DNA of 63,701 bases, counting the filler, from Choristocarpus tenellus KU-1152 (lineage: Eukaryota > Protista > Phaeophyceae): assembly GCA_964200185.2 (NCBI GenBank). It is 11 parts of 11 records of this genome, joined end to end, with 100 filler letters (N's around TTAATTAATTAA, not from the genome) between each part and the next. Parts side by side here need not be neighbours in the genome. Positions count along the whole stretch, not along the records: positions 12,340 to 21,641 come from CAXNAD020003798.1; positions 21,742 to 26,372 come from CAXNAD020013716.1; 9 more parts are not named here. One strand, written 5' to 3'. The translations under genes were made by a program, and so were the position numbers. Every line of letters starts with the position of its first letter. Position 1 is the first letter of the stretch. This document shows, piece after piece, positions 12,396 through 25,218 of this stretch. The notes beneath the pieces are model-generated. The model searched no databases and was not told the origin of the DNA. It saw only the letters and a program-made list of their open reading frames with translations.

Positions 12396-14611
12396 CTTGA
12401 TCCTCTCAATCGGTGGCAGCACCTTGTGGATGGCACGAGCAAGGATAGACTTAGCAGTACCTCGCCTCCCTGAGATCAAAACCCCACCCATGCTAGGGTT
12501 GACTGCCACCGATGATGGATGCATCGTGGCAAAGGATGGAGCGGTTGGGGTAACCAAATACAACAACAACGCAGGAGGTTGTGGGGTGGGGGGGGATTCA
12601 TGAGAATAAGGTTCCTTTAGTAGGGGGTCATTCATGAGATGGGAATAGTCGCAATGGCACCATTTGAACAGGCAAACAAATAAGGGGAGATCCTACGTCC
12701 CCCCCCACAGGGACATTTCAAGTGCACGGGGAGAGTAGAGCATGCAACAACAGCGATCTCACAGAAAAGTGATGAGGGGATAGGCATCTCACACACAGAC
12801 ACACACACATACACACAGACAGACACACATACACGCATACACGCATACACACAGACACACAGACACGCATACACGCATACACACAGACATACACACAGAC
12901 ACACACAGACACACACAGACACACACAGACACACACAGACACAAACAAATTTTTTAACCCTAACCCTTCCTCCACGAGAGTAGTCACACCCAGTAAAAAG
13001 AAAAAGAATGAGGAGAAAAATGTAACAAACACCGTAATAAGTCTCCAGATCCCCCGTACTCTACCTATGCAGAATGAAAAGCATCCTCTATGTCCACCAC
13101 TGCACAATAACGCACTCGGTCCTCTCTATCAACACCCCCAACAACAAAAAAACTGCACAACTACTCAGGCTGGGGGAGGGGGGGGGGGGTACCCGTGGCA
13201 ACATCGGTGATGGATACCTACAGTGCATTTCATTTCCATCCCTTCAAAGGCGTTGGCGGGGTCAAAAATTAAGTGTACGTGATCTATCAGTTTGTTTGTT
13301 TCAACACCGTATGTGACTAACCCTAACCCTAACCCTCAAAACATGCAGGGTGTGCATTTATTGCTCGTACACACTACATCCATCTTTGCATACTTCATCA
13401 ATCACTATTACTATTGTAATTGTAATACTAGAGGGTAGACCAGGGCGGAAGGTCAGACTGCGAGAGGAGCAGTAACGCCTCCAACTTCAATAGAACACCT
13501 GCGGCCAACAGGAGGGCCAGCTTGACCATGTCCTGTCCTACAATCTTGGACATGGGATACGCCCTCGAAGGTGAAATCACTGGCTGAGACACTGCAGGGA
13601 GGGGGGGGCAGGGGGGGCAGGGGGGGCAGGGGGAGAGGATGGACATGTTGACATACTGGGATCATCATTGTGGTCGCAGGGTTTTCTCGATCGGAGGCGA
13701 TAGTGAGTGAAGGATCACAATTTTAAATTATTGCATGGCTTCTTCAAAAAATCACCCGAGCACATAACGTTGTGGGAGGAAAGAGTCACTTGCGATGCAG
13801 TGTCCACTTTCTTTTTTATTGTACACGACTCGACTCTGAAGCACCCCTACCTAAACAATTATCCCTGGGTACCTGGGTAGGTAGCAGCTGTGGGGGGGCA
13901 GTTCAGTTCCCTCTCGTAAATTCCTACTAAAAAATTTTCATGCCCGACACTTGCACAAAATCGACAAACGCAATGCAACTAGCTCCCCCCCCCTTCCCCA
14001 CAACAAAAGATCAGTTGTAAAAAAAAAAATAGAATTTTGAATCGACTTCCTTTGATGTGCTCGATAAAAAAAAAACTTTTTTTGTGCCCTGTTTATTTTT
14101 TATATTCCGACAACAACAGGCGGGCGGCAGTTTCAACCGACTGATCTTAATCCATTTCTTCAACTTCCTTTACCCCAACAGTTACAATACGAAACTGACG
14201 CACCTCACCTCAACCTTTACCGATGCAATCTATCAACTGTGCCCTCTCTGAAATTAGTTCGGGAGGGAAAACGCCTGGCTTGGGGAAAAATGGACAGATG
14301 AAGGCAGCTCCGAATTGCTCAAGCTGCACTCAATCTCTCACTACTGGTTGTTACGCCTCCTAGGCCTTCATGCGTATTTGATATCAATGACAGTTACAGT
14401 CCTATGTTGGCGTAGGGTTAGGACACAAGAATGTACAGGGGATATCATATCCACTGACCACAACCAATGCACGAATTACAGCACTGTTGTCCTGGAAATG
14501 ACACTGACCAAGCAAACGCCTGACTGGGTAGAGATACGTGCCATTCGTTACAATGATAAAATAAAACCTAGAAAATGTACTGTCCAGACAGGTTTCCCAC
14601 CAAAGACAAAT

Positions 14612-14656
<45 letters not shown>

Positions 14657-16792
14657 ACCCCCCTCCGTGTCTCTGTTGGTTCACACACAAAAAACACCCA
14701 ACAACAAAAACANNNNNNNNNNCCCATTCGTAAAAAAAAAAAAAAAAAACCAAAAAAAATTCCCGCCCCACAAGGTTTCCCCCAAAAAAAAAACCCCCCC
14801 CCCCCCCCCCCCCGCCTCCCGCTTGCAAAAACTCATTTTGCGGACTTGATAGTGCAAGTTCAACACAGCCAGTGAAACAAAGTGCTAATGATGGGATTGA
14901 AAAGCACACAACTATTGTAGTTAGTTTACAATTGCGGCATGCATTATCACAGCTCACAACACAAGTGCAAAGAGGGGTGATCGTTTGTTTTCAGGGGGCA
15001 GAAAGTCCTCCTCCTGCCATCCCCTTGCAATAACGACGCTATCCCCAACCTGTACCAGGCACACCACATACATGTTGCTTTTTGTGCCGGATTTTTTTTC
15101 TTTCGTGCTCTTCATGAGAGCAGGCACGGTGGTGGTGAGAAACCACGGTACGGAACCTCTCTGCCATCACCACTTGACATTGAAAACACACAAGGAAAAC
15201 TAGTTTCTAATTAGCAACAGAAACATACATGTACATGAAGCACTCGTTTCGTATCAAGTAAGGCATCTATTTGGAGGGTTACGGTTAGGCACAATTTGAT
15301 TTTAAGTGTCAGTTGTGTAGGTTTGCTGTAATTGATACACATCAACTGCCATATATTGTGACAAACTAAAAAGAATTGCATGAAGTCACCAAGTAGAACT
15401 GTGGTGACATGCCTCCTTTCAAAATTCCTGATACCAAGTATCTGCAATACAATCAAAGAGTGCCACAGAGGCAAGTTGGTGTTATGGGGAAGTGCACCTT
15501 TCTGTTCTCTTGGGGCATTTGTCCCCCCCTACTCATCCTCAATCATTTCCAACCATGTGGCCCTAGCTCCAATGCGAAATTACGTGCATCATGTCCTCTG
15601 GATAGTGCGAGGGCACATAGAAAGGAAATTGCAACATAATATGCACATAATTCAATTGTGAGGTGATTATCAAGACAGGGATGACCTAGTACTGCATCAA
15701 AATGAGTAGATGACAAAGTTGCAACCGTGTCTCGGACTTCGAAGCGCGCGTTAGCGGAGTAAGTGCTCCAAAGACATGAGATCAAGACCTAGGGCACATC
15801 TATATCCAATGTAGATTAAGGGCGCGCACAAGGTTGGCAATGGTTTGAGGCATCAAAGCTTGGGCAGCGATTTATATGTGGTTACGGGAATATTACAGGG
15901 TTGCATTGCTCCCCATGCTTCCTCTCATCCTCACATCTTGCTTTCAATAATCTAACGGACCCCCAAGAACAAGGGTTGGACCAGCTAAGAGTGCTTCCCG
16001 CAAATAGCACAACGGATCTCCCACAACTCAACTCCATGGAACGAGTCCTACTCACCCCGTGACGGCTGGACTACAGCATCTTCTTCAATCATTGCAGCTC
16101 TAACCCTTTCTGAAATATCTTCGGCAACCATACTCAAGGAGCCACCGCTCCGCGGTCGGACGATTCCATGCCTCGAAGGTTGAACCTGAGTCACATCTTC
16201 TATTCCCGTTAAGCCACTGCGCCGGAATGCCGGTGGAAACTGCTGACACAGGCAGGGACAAAAACATGTGCGACGCATTACAAAGAGTTCGACGGGGAAA
16301 GGGACACAATTCTTACGAGTTTGGTCATAAGGAGTGCAGTAGAATATGCAAGAATTCAGAAGCCGCACCCGTCAAAATATCTGGACATCAGAGAGTCGAG
16401 TTGATAGAGGTGGGAGGGGGTGAAATGCAGGCAAACATGGCAAGGACCGTCTCCACATTTGGGTTAGACGAATCACGAGAACAATCACCGGTAAGGTGAT
16501 ACCTTCCTTGGATCTCTGTCGTAATCTCTTGGTTAAATAACCAATGCTTGACTAGGCTAGTTCAGGTAGAGCATGCTAGAGACAACCCTTGCAATAATTT
16601 GTCTACGCAGCAACGGCATGAGCTACCAGACCCAGGTCTTTTGCCCATCGTGAATAGACAATGGTCGGATGTGGATTTTATACCATTATTTACGATCCCG
16701 TCAGCAAGACTTACCACATGGAAACCATGGGCTGCGACTAGCACTAGAGCAAAACCTGCAGCCTTCCCAACTGCTTGACCCCTCCCCCGCAT
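12396..16792 (-). CDS. chlD: Magnesium chelatase subunit D with bipartite plastid presequence, 5' part; exons 16792-16715, 16239-16056, 13591-13499, 12502-12396
   Basis: Phase-consistent join: [26 protein letters not shown]|FPPAFRRSG...[28 protein letters not shown]|[31 protein letters not shown]|[44 protein letters not shown] is the ChlD-type degenerate Walker A. Truncated by the contig end. Confidence 0.92.
12790..12945. repeat. Compound (CA)/(CAGA)/(CATA) microsatellite in a chlD intron
   Basis: Visible directly. Confidence 0.95.
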
Positions 16793-18199
16793 GCCTCCCC
16801 AATATCCCCCACACCCTGCACAATAGACAACTGTCAGAACCCTGCTTGAGCGACCACCATTCGCCTCTCGCTCCTCTCCTCAACCAGCACAAGCTCTATA
16901 GTAGGAGGTATGATTCCTTGAGGACCAATCACAATCACAAACAGGAAACAGGATCACATGCGGCTTCAAGGCCTCCTAGGTTGCCACATGACAAAATTGA
17001 AAACGTAACTGAGCTGTCTTTAAACCACTTTGGTTCCAATTTCCCCTTTTTATTAAATTGTTACGTTCCTAGTATTGTGGGCGTATTGTATTTGAAGAAG
17101 GGCGGAATATGTGTGGAAATTTCATTACGACTAACATTGTAACCCTCACTCTCTCCATCACTACATACGAAAAATAAGCCCTCGTCCTCACTTGATTGTA
17201 GGATGCCACCCACGAAGTTACTGGAACACCAAGGAAGAAAACAGATTTTAGCTCGAGAACGGAGAAGGAAACGCTTGGAAAGGTAAAATTTCCGACGTTG
17301 AAGCAACGGAATATGCCATGTAGTAGCTGGGAACTGTGCCCTGCGCCAACCATCTCAAATTTACAAGATGATATAGAAAAGAAAGGGGGAGAGCATGAGG
17401 ATGTGTATGAAGAATGGAGAGTTTGCAGCCCGTCGAAAGGTTTAGATAAATAATTATTGTGTGTGAGTACAAAACACTTGGAGATATAGCAGTCCCTGTA
17501 GAAATTTAAATAAATAATTATCCTGGATGAGCACAAAACACTTCAATGCTTCAAATCTAGAGTAATCCACACGGCTAACGCCCCAACTATTTGTGCTCTT
17601 TTGCTTTTCATATCTTGTGCGACAATTACTTCAAAGTGTTGCATTGCTACCACTCTGGCAGTGAGGCTGTATTTTTGGAGTCCTCGCCCCCAACAACACC
17701 ACCTACCGACACAAGCGTCTTTACATACTACACTCTCTTCCAGTATATGCTTCCTGACGTAAAAACGAAAACGTGCCTGCCTTTCCCTGGTGGAGTGGAT
17801 TAGGTCGTTCGCCGCAGCATCTTTTTTATCAATCGGACGGACTACAAAGGAAGTTCCATGCTCCCTTGAATTCGTCGGATAACCTTTGTCAAACAATCTA
17901 ATCCGTTCCAACGTCAGGAGTTCTACCGGCTCCCTACACACTTCAATTCACACTAAAAAACATCATGAACAGTATAGCTGCACGTTGAGAGACTCGGAGA
18001 CAAGACTTGACGACATCAACATGGAATGTTACGTGATGGCAGTGAATAGGCGAAATGGTGTGGGGCATTGACATACACTGTTGGAACAAGCTTGACCAAT
18101 GTGACGTCACATCATTGACCTCCAACAATAAAGACAGGATGAATCGCCTATAGGTTTTCATTGTGACCCCAAGCAAGGGTATGTTGTCTATTGCAGAGC

Positions 18200-18380
18200 C
18201 AAAGTAATTGAGAGGTAGACAAAGTTGCATTTGAAGTATCTCGAGAAATGGCAAGAAGGCACCGTTTTGTACGATTACAGAAAGAGCCTATACTGAGTTG
18301 TGGTATCACTTTGTGTGTGGAAAGGGGGGGTATTAATTTCGTGTACACTATTGTGTACATGAAGCAATAAGATGGGGTCA
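18200..18380 (+). repeat. Dispersed repeat, homologous to 22125-22275
   Basis: Shared blocks TGAGAGGTAG.CA..GTTGCATTT.AAG, TTGTGGT, AAGGGGG, CGTACACTATT, TACATGAAGCAAT.A.ATGG on two different contigs. Confidence 0.75.
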
Positions 18381-18396
18381 GAAAGGCAGCTTAGAA

Positions 18397-18654
18397 GAGT
18401 CAGAGTATCTTAGAGGATAGAGCTGCGTCCATTTAGATACCAAAATCTAATGTTGCAATTTTGATGTATTTTTGGCTATCATGTTTGTTAGGAGATGTCA
18501 ATATCCTTGTTCCGGACACACTTTTTAATAACGTATACATTTTACCTATTCCTCAATATTTTGGAGTACGTATAATGTCATTAAAAACCCGCGGGAGGCC
18601 ACGACCTAAATGGACAAACAGGGAAAAACTCGTACCCTCTAAAATACTTTACTC
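18397..18654 (+). mobile_element. MITE family 1 copy
   Basis: GAGTCAGAGTATCTTAGAGGATA...TACCCTCTAAAATACTTTACTC; flanks AGAA/GGAA. Confidence 0.9.
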
Positions 18655-20648
18655 GGAATGAAAAAGGATCCACTCCTGCCTATCTCCCAATTGTTTTGGC
18701 TCTTCAGCAGGGGTAAGAAGGGGAAAGGAACACACGGTGTTAAAAAGCTAGCCGTGAAGAGTCCGAATGCCAGAACCTGAGATAGATCACATCAACGAAC
18801 TGCTGAATAAAGGTATGATACTGCTGACAAACAAAAAAACATGCACACTTTTGTTGTGGGGTATGTCCCAACAGAGGTCCAGGATATGAAGGAAAAGATA
18901 AGTTCAACCCTGCATGATGTGGTGAAGCAGGTACTTCCCATCAATTAACTGTCCATCCCAGTGTATTTGAAAGCTCGAACTAGGAAGGAGAGGTGAAGGA
19001 GGAGTGCATAGGAGCAGCTTGGTACTTAGTTGGTTGGACCGTATGGCCGTGATCAACAGGAGATAGCCCTGATCTTTGCAGTGACGGACAGCTTCATCGC
19101 AGTCACCAACGTATTGTTCAGCACACCCAAGCCCAAAGTATCTCATAAGTTTGTCGGCAGTAAGGGGGAGAATAAGCTCCGCCATCTGTTGCTATTTGAA
19201 AACTAACCATACCTTTTCCTTTTGCTGTTATGGTTTTGTTTTGTTTTTGAGTATCTGAGTATCAACGACTTCACTGGTAGTTCTTCTACTGGCGTGGAGA
19301 TTGCTGCAAAGGAATTCATAAGAGCAGTACAATTTTATGTACATATGTGGCATTGGAAGTCAAGAACCTCACAGATGATTGATTGGTACTTGTACGAAAC
19401 TTGCTATGAGCACACCACGTTGGTTTTGAAGATGACCATTTGTCCATTGTATATAGGGATATATGCTTCAAAGTATTATGTATTTCACTTCTTATCTTCA
19501 CTTTATTGAGTGAACGAGGACTAAGCCGCTCCGCACTACACACGGCACTACCCCTACTTCTCATAGTGCCTAATTGTTGCACTACCACAAAATGCACTGC
19601 CCATCGCTCTGCTTCCACCTCTCTCGAAAATTGTCCAGTAATCGGCTTTGCGTTGCTTCGCAATTGAAGCCTTGCGATCTCGTTTCGGTTTTCCCGCATT
19701 TTTGTGATACAGTAACAGACTTTCTACAACTTGTTTCTTAGTGTCGTTTCGTTTTTCTTTCGTAGTTATAGTGCTCCCCATTGAATCTGGGACTTGATGA
19801 AGTGTGCGCTATCGAAACAATGTAACTGATGGACTGATGGACTGATGACATTCCATAGATGTAGATGATATATACTAGTTCTTTGTGTCGAGGGATAAAT
19901 TGTTACAGAAAGCAGTTTTAGATTACGGTTTCATAAACGCCTAATCAAACTTCTACTGTAAAATTCGGTTTGTAAAATATGGCTTAATGGGCTTATTATT
20001 ATTACTTTTTTTCAGTCCTAGGTTAGACTCAAACCCTCCTATCTCAGTCTCAAATATTCCTGAATTAAAACTGAAGAGTAACCAATGTGAAGATTATAAA
20101 TATTTGGTAACTGGTCATCCAGGCATCATTTTCTGCTTGCGACATTCAGGGTTGGGACCAGCATCATCCCACACTAAGGCAAGTCAACTCGGTTTCCAAC
20201 GAAAAGTACATGGAAAATCTAACGCAAGACACACCAGATAATTTGATCACCTATCAGCGATCATTCAGGTAGAGAAACATCCCTGCATGTCATTAGCGAA
20301 TGCATTGGAGGAGGCAAGGGAATCAAAGGCCACATCATCCATGAAAGAACTCCTACCACCTGTCTCTGGGCATGAGATAATGATGACCTAGAATGTACAC
20401 GCACTATTGTTATTGTGGTATCAACATAATGTGTCCTCCTACTGGGTTGGTCAATTGCTATAGTCATATATGGCTGACTTTTCTGGGTATATTGTGCGAT
20501 TGGTGCTTCTTTTGACGGAATTATGATAGGCATGGTCAACCGACGAATAAACTTTGCATCCATGCAAAACGATCTCAGTCATTGCACACCTTGAGGGCTT
20601 GCGGCACCTTCCTATTGTGGGTAGATTGTGGTAGGTGTGGTGGTTGTT

Positions 20649-20911
20649 GAGTCAAAGTATCTTAGAGGGTAGAGTCGCGTTCATTTGGGGNNNNNNNNNG
20701 GGGTCAAAATCCAATGTTGCGATTTCGATGTAATTTTGGCTATTGTATCTGTTAGGAAGTGTCAATATCCTTGTTCCGAACACACCTTTTAAAAACATAT
20801 ACCTATTCCGAAATGTTTCGGAGTAGGAAAATGTAATAAAAAAAAAGTGGGAAGCCAAGCCCCAAATGGACAAGCAGGGCAAAACTTGCACCCTCTTAGA
20901 TATTTTCACTC
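20649..20911 (+). mobile_element. MITE family 1 copy with 4-bp TSD TGTT
   Basis: TGTT|GAGTCAAAGTATCTTAGAGGGTA...CCCTCTTAGATATTTTCACTC|TGTT. Confidence 0.92.
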
Positions 20912-21393
20912 TGTTGTTGCGCGCTAAATGGCACTACTGCAAGGTGGAAATATCAAAATATATTCACTTTCCATAATAGAGTCATCTTAGAGTAATTTCA
21001 ATTGGATACAGATATATGAAAGGTAAGGAGGTGATATGAACAACACAGACAGGTAGAAGGGAACCAGGATGCTATGATAATAGTTACAGATATCCACTGC
21101 TTTGAGTCCTAACAATAACTAATAGTGTCTTACTCTGCCTCCGTTTGTGCCTCCCTTGTTTCTTGCATGTTGGGTTCAGTCATCCCATCCCTTGTTACCT
21201 TGCCTCCTCCCACGAATCCTGTATTGAAACCCTCCACCTTGGTGTCGTTCGGTGACACAGCCTTACCACCTCGTTCTTGGTTCGTCATTTTGTGTTGTAC
21301 GGATAGATACGGTAGGTGCACAATACATAATGATGTTTGTCACATATAGAATTCGGATTTTTAAAAAATATGTGGAAAGCGTGCTTGTCTGTT

Positions 21394-21641
21394 GAGCCAA
21401 AGTATCTTAGAGGGTAGAGCTGTGTCCATTTGGGGGCCAAAATCCAATGTTGCGATTTTGATGTAATTTTGGCTATCGTGTTTGTTAGGAATTGTCAATA
21501 TCCTTGTTCCGGACACACCTTTTCATAATGTATACATTTTACCTACTCAGAAATATTTTGGTGTAGGAAAACGTCATAAAACGCCCCGAGGGAAGTCAAG
21601 CCACAAATGGACAAACAGGGCAAAACTCGTACCCTCTAAGA
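21394..21641 (+). mobile_element. MITE family 1 copy, right TIR cut by the contig end
   Basis: GAGCCAAAGTATCTTAGAGGGTAG...CTCGTACCCTCTAAGA. Confidence 0.9.
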
Positions 21642-21741
21642 NNNNNNNNNNNNNNNNNNNNNNNNNNNNNNNNNNNNNNNNNNNNTTAATTAATTAANNN
21701 NNNNNNNNNNNNNNNNNNNNNNNNNNNNNNNNNNNNNNNNN
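21642..21741. other. Artificial contig linker
   Basis: N44-TTAATTAATTAA-N44. Confidence 0.98.
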
Positions 21742-21796
21742 ATCGAAAAAAGGGTGAAAAACGGACGCCGATACCCCCCCCCAGATACTTTGACCC
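21742..21796 (-). mobile_element. End of poly-G sister TIR family at a contig start
   Basis: CCCCCCCCCAGATACTTTGACCC (reverse complement GGGTCAAAGTATCTGGGG...). Confidence 0.7.
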
Positions 21797-22124
21797 TGAA
21801 ATGAGACCCAAAATGGTGTCATGTTGTGCGTTTGTTTATGGGCGTTCCATTATTAGCATGATTTTAAGGTCGATGGAGGGACCATTTTGCCCTACTGTAC
21901 CTGTACCACTCTGTCTCGTTGTTGTGTGTAGATTATTTGCGGATCGCCATATATATGGTTTGCAAAAGAAAGTAGATATGGCGACAATGGTAGCATGGGT
22001 TGCTGCTGGTGTGGTTGGCAAGGTTTAGGGGAAGATGGAAATTAAAGGAGTCGGTGGAACGATATTGGAATAGTCAAGGGGTGGAGTTAAAGCGGCGAAA
22101 TAATGTGTGGAGTGGCAACGAGTC

Positions 22125-22275
22125 AAACCAACTGAGAGGTAGGCAGGGTTGCATTTCAAGGATCCCCAGAAATATCCTTAGCTGAATTGTGGTGTCCTTT
22201 ATTATGTGGGAAGAAGGGGGAATATCGATTTTGCGTACACTATTATGGACATACATGAAGCAATGAAATGGAGTG
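22125..22275 (+). repeat. Dispersed repeat, homologous to 18200-18380
   Basis: See the 18200-18380 copy. Confidence 0.75.
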
Positions 22276-23040
22276 CACAGGGAAGGAAAGATGGTTTAAA
22301 ATGTGATTGGATCCAGAGGTGCCTACCTCTCAATTGGTTTGGCTATAGAAGTGGAATTATGGTGGCGGAGTGTTGAGTGGGGTGGGAAGGAGTGGAAGGA
22401 GTAGCAGCAGTTCATCAAAACATGGAGAACTTTTTTGAAACCGAAACTAAATAGAAGTAGCTTTTTTCTTTTGAGACGATGGATGCATGATGAACAAATG
22501 AATATATGGGAATAGTTTTGTAATACATGTAGGTGAGGGTTAACACATAGAATACACAGAACAATTGATAACCCCATCCATTTTCGCCCAGTAAGATTTA
22601 CTTTTCTTCATTCACTGTTGTTCAATCCTACCCTGGAAGGACTCTTCTGCTGTTCTTTGTCCAATGAAGTCTTTCCCGGTGCTCCATATCGACCTCCAGC
22701 GCCTACTTGGGGCTACAGAGCGCCTTGCCTGCGATGAAACAGTGGGTTCGTTGAAAGGGCAGCACCGAGTAAGGTTTTGCCAGGTGATAAACTGCATCCT
22801 TCTACTCTCTTTGGACCTTTCAAATGTTGCGCTGCTGTGATTTAACTACCCTCGAGCCAAAATATGTGATGTGAGGGGGGATCCTGCGATTTCGACCCAA
22901 ATTGCAATGTAGGACAATACCGATCCATCTGAAGGCTGTTCTGCTTACAATCTACATTATAGTTGGACGATGATCCCGATCGTCCTCACTGTGCCCTTTT
23001 TTCGCTTAATTCCGCCTCTTGTGTTGACGGACGAGCATAG

Positions 23041-25218
23041 TTTGTGGCAGAATTGGAAGAGATCCACGCTCAACTCCAGGCGGCGCTCGAACGGAATTCT
23101 TCTGCACTCTCCACCCTTGGCCTGACATTGAAAAGCCTCGCCAAATACGGGGGGCGGATTGATACCCTGCGTCGCAAGCGCGACGACCTCAACCTGACAA
23201 AAGATTTTTCGTTGGCCGATGTATCCACTGAAGGATCTTCCCCGGAGCCATCATCCGGCGGCGAAACAAAGCACATGGTCTACCCCCAGTCACAAGGCAA
23301 CGGGCAGGGCCGGAAAGCTGGGGTGGTCGGAATGTCTGGTGGTAATTTGTCCAAGAAAACACTACCGAATGATGAGCGGGGGAGAGGAAAAGCATCCAGT
23401 GTTGACATGGAGGTGGTTGAATCAGAAGTAGTTGCCCAGGATATTGCTCAGATGGCTGGCCGACTCAAAGAGTCCAGCATGGAGATAAACAAGAGCCTTT
23501 GTTCTCAGACAAGGGTGAGTTGATCGAACAAGATGTCCACTCCTTCCGTATACTAAGTCCCTCCAACCCCCTTGGTTTTAGGTACGATACGTTTCCCCCC
23601 CATTAATGTTGTTGCTGCTCGAAGAGTCGTAGTCCGTCGTCTCATGCGCACGCCACCCCCATCCCTGATGTCCAAGAGCGTTTGCTTAATGTCGCGATTT
23701 TTGTAGATTTACCACTTGGATATTTCCGTACCTGTTTTGCCCAAGTGAGATAAGGCAGAGCCTTAAAAGTGGTGTTGAATTCAACCTTTTCCTGTAGTCG
23801 GGGGTAGAGAGGCACCAATCATGCCTTGTATGACCCACCCTGCCCCCCTCCCCACCTCTTGAGATGAAACAAGTTTACCCCCAACCTGTGCCTATGCAAA
23901 GACTGCCTAGTTGTTGCGCTATTGTTTCTCAAGCACAAGACTAAGGGGAGATCACACAAATTTGGTCATCGTACAGTACACACAGTGAAAAAGAAAACTC
24001 AAGTTTTTGTTTTCTATGACACCTAAGGCAAGGACAACCTCACCACATGGCTAACCCTTCTTTCCATCAAGTGAGTAGCAAGCAGTACTTTGATATCTGT
24101 AAGTGTTTTCATGTTGTGATATTTAACTCAGGTCAAACGCCCTCATACTAGTAGCTGTTGACAGAGGTATGTTGTCTTCATTGCATGGCAAAGAATTGTT
24201 CAGTGTTAATGTAAGGAGGATTGAGTTTTGCATTCATTTTAGTGTTCCAACACAAGATGGCCATCACATGAACTGCATGTTTACCCTGAAAGGACTACTC
24301 TAAGATAACTAGACAACATCTGGAGGAATAGAGTTTTGTATCTCTGTAACATTGCACCGGACGATTTTATGTATTCCATTTGTGGACATACTCCATATTG
24401 ATTATACCTATTTGCATGCTTTTTTGTTTTCAATTTTTGTTTTTGTTTTGCTTTGTTGAATCAACTCTGATATTAATTTGTGATTTAAATGTTGGAATAA
24501 ATTTTGTCGAACACTCTCTGGAAGTGTAATTTTTAGATAGAGGTAGCGTTGTGAATTGAAGAATTCATTTATTGTTTTTTCTTTTATTTTCAGTTCGAAA
24601 TGATTTGATTAACTTGATTGAGTTGAAGTGATGCACAAAGCATTGCGAGATGGCCATGAGGAAAGGTCTGGTGCCGTGGTATGGTGTATAACAAATCCTG
24701 CCATGCATATAAGCTTGACAAGAAAAGATCTGATTGAATGGTTTCAATTACGACTTTTACCATTCTTCAATTTAACAATAATGGACTCAATTGAATGTCC
24801 TGATCCTCAACAAGACAAAAATGATGCCTATACGACCATTCTTTTTTTCTTCACCCTCAAATAGGGTTAGGGTTATTTAACTGTTTTTGCCGATGGCAAC
24901 AGAACTGCTGCGCACAGAAAAAAAAGAAATAGTGAAGGCCACCTAACAGGCGATATACTGCCTTTTTTTTGTTGTCATGATCTGTGTCTGATATCACCCT
25001 ACAGCTTGCATACACTCCGTGAGGAACATCAACAAAGGCACATAAGTATGTTCACATACAACACCTATCTATCCTGCACATATGCACAGATATTGCAGGA
25101 CACAGGTGATGCAGCCTCTGCCAACATCGATCGGGTGAAGCTACAGAACACCAGAGTGGCGGAGCGGCTCAGGAAGAAGAGACAGGCCACTTGTGCCTCT
25201 TGGACCATGATGCTCATT
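23041..25218 (+). CDS. USE1: USE1-like Qc-SNARE (ER retrograde vesicle transport); exons 23041-23514, 25090-25218; first and last exons not identified
   Basis: In-phase join ...VAQDIAQMAGRLKESSMEINKSLCSQTR|ILQDTGDAASANIDRVKLQNTRVAERLRKKRQATCASWTMMLI matches the Use1 SNARE pattern (A..LK.....L......N......R...W) followed by the start of a C-terminal TM anchor. Confidence 0.72.

Noticed and set aside
12632-13107. Cys/Val-rich ORFs
   Set aside because: Translations of a (CA)n-type microsatellite inside a chlD intron
14604-14820. Poly-Pro/poly-Gly/poly-Lys ORFs and G-quadruplex candidates from long C/G/A runs (also 3580-3620, 9742-9777, 46442-46460)
   Set aside because: Homopolymers next to gaps or inside a chlD intron; low-quality or low-complexity sequence, with lengths unreliable
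14970-15790. Extra exon-like segments inside chlD intron 2
   Set aside because: The 16056/13591 junction is already in phase and gives a sensible presequence-to-mature-protein transition
17543-19781. Minus-strand ORFs of 75-132 aa (17543-17941, 18904-19185, 19316-19699, 19554-19781)
   Set aside because: No domain signature or consistent splice model; within chance expectation
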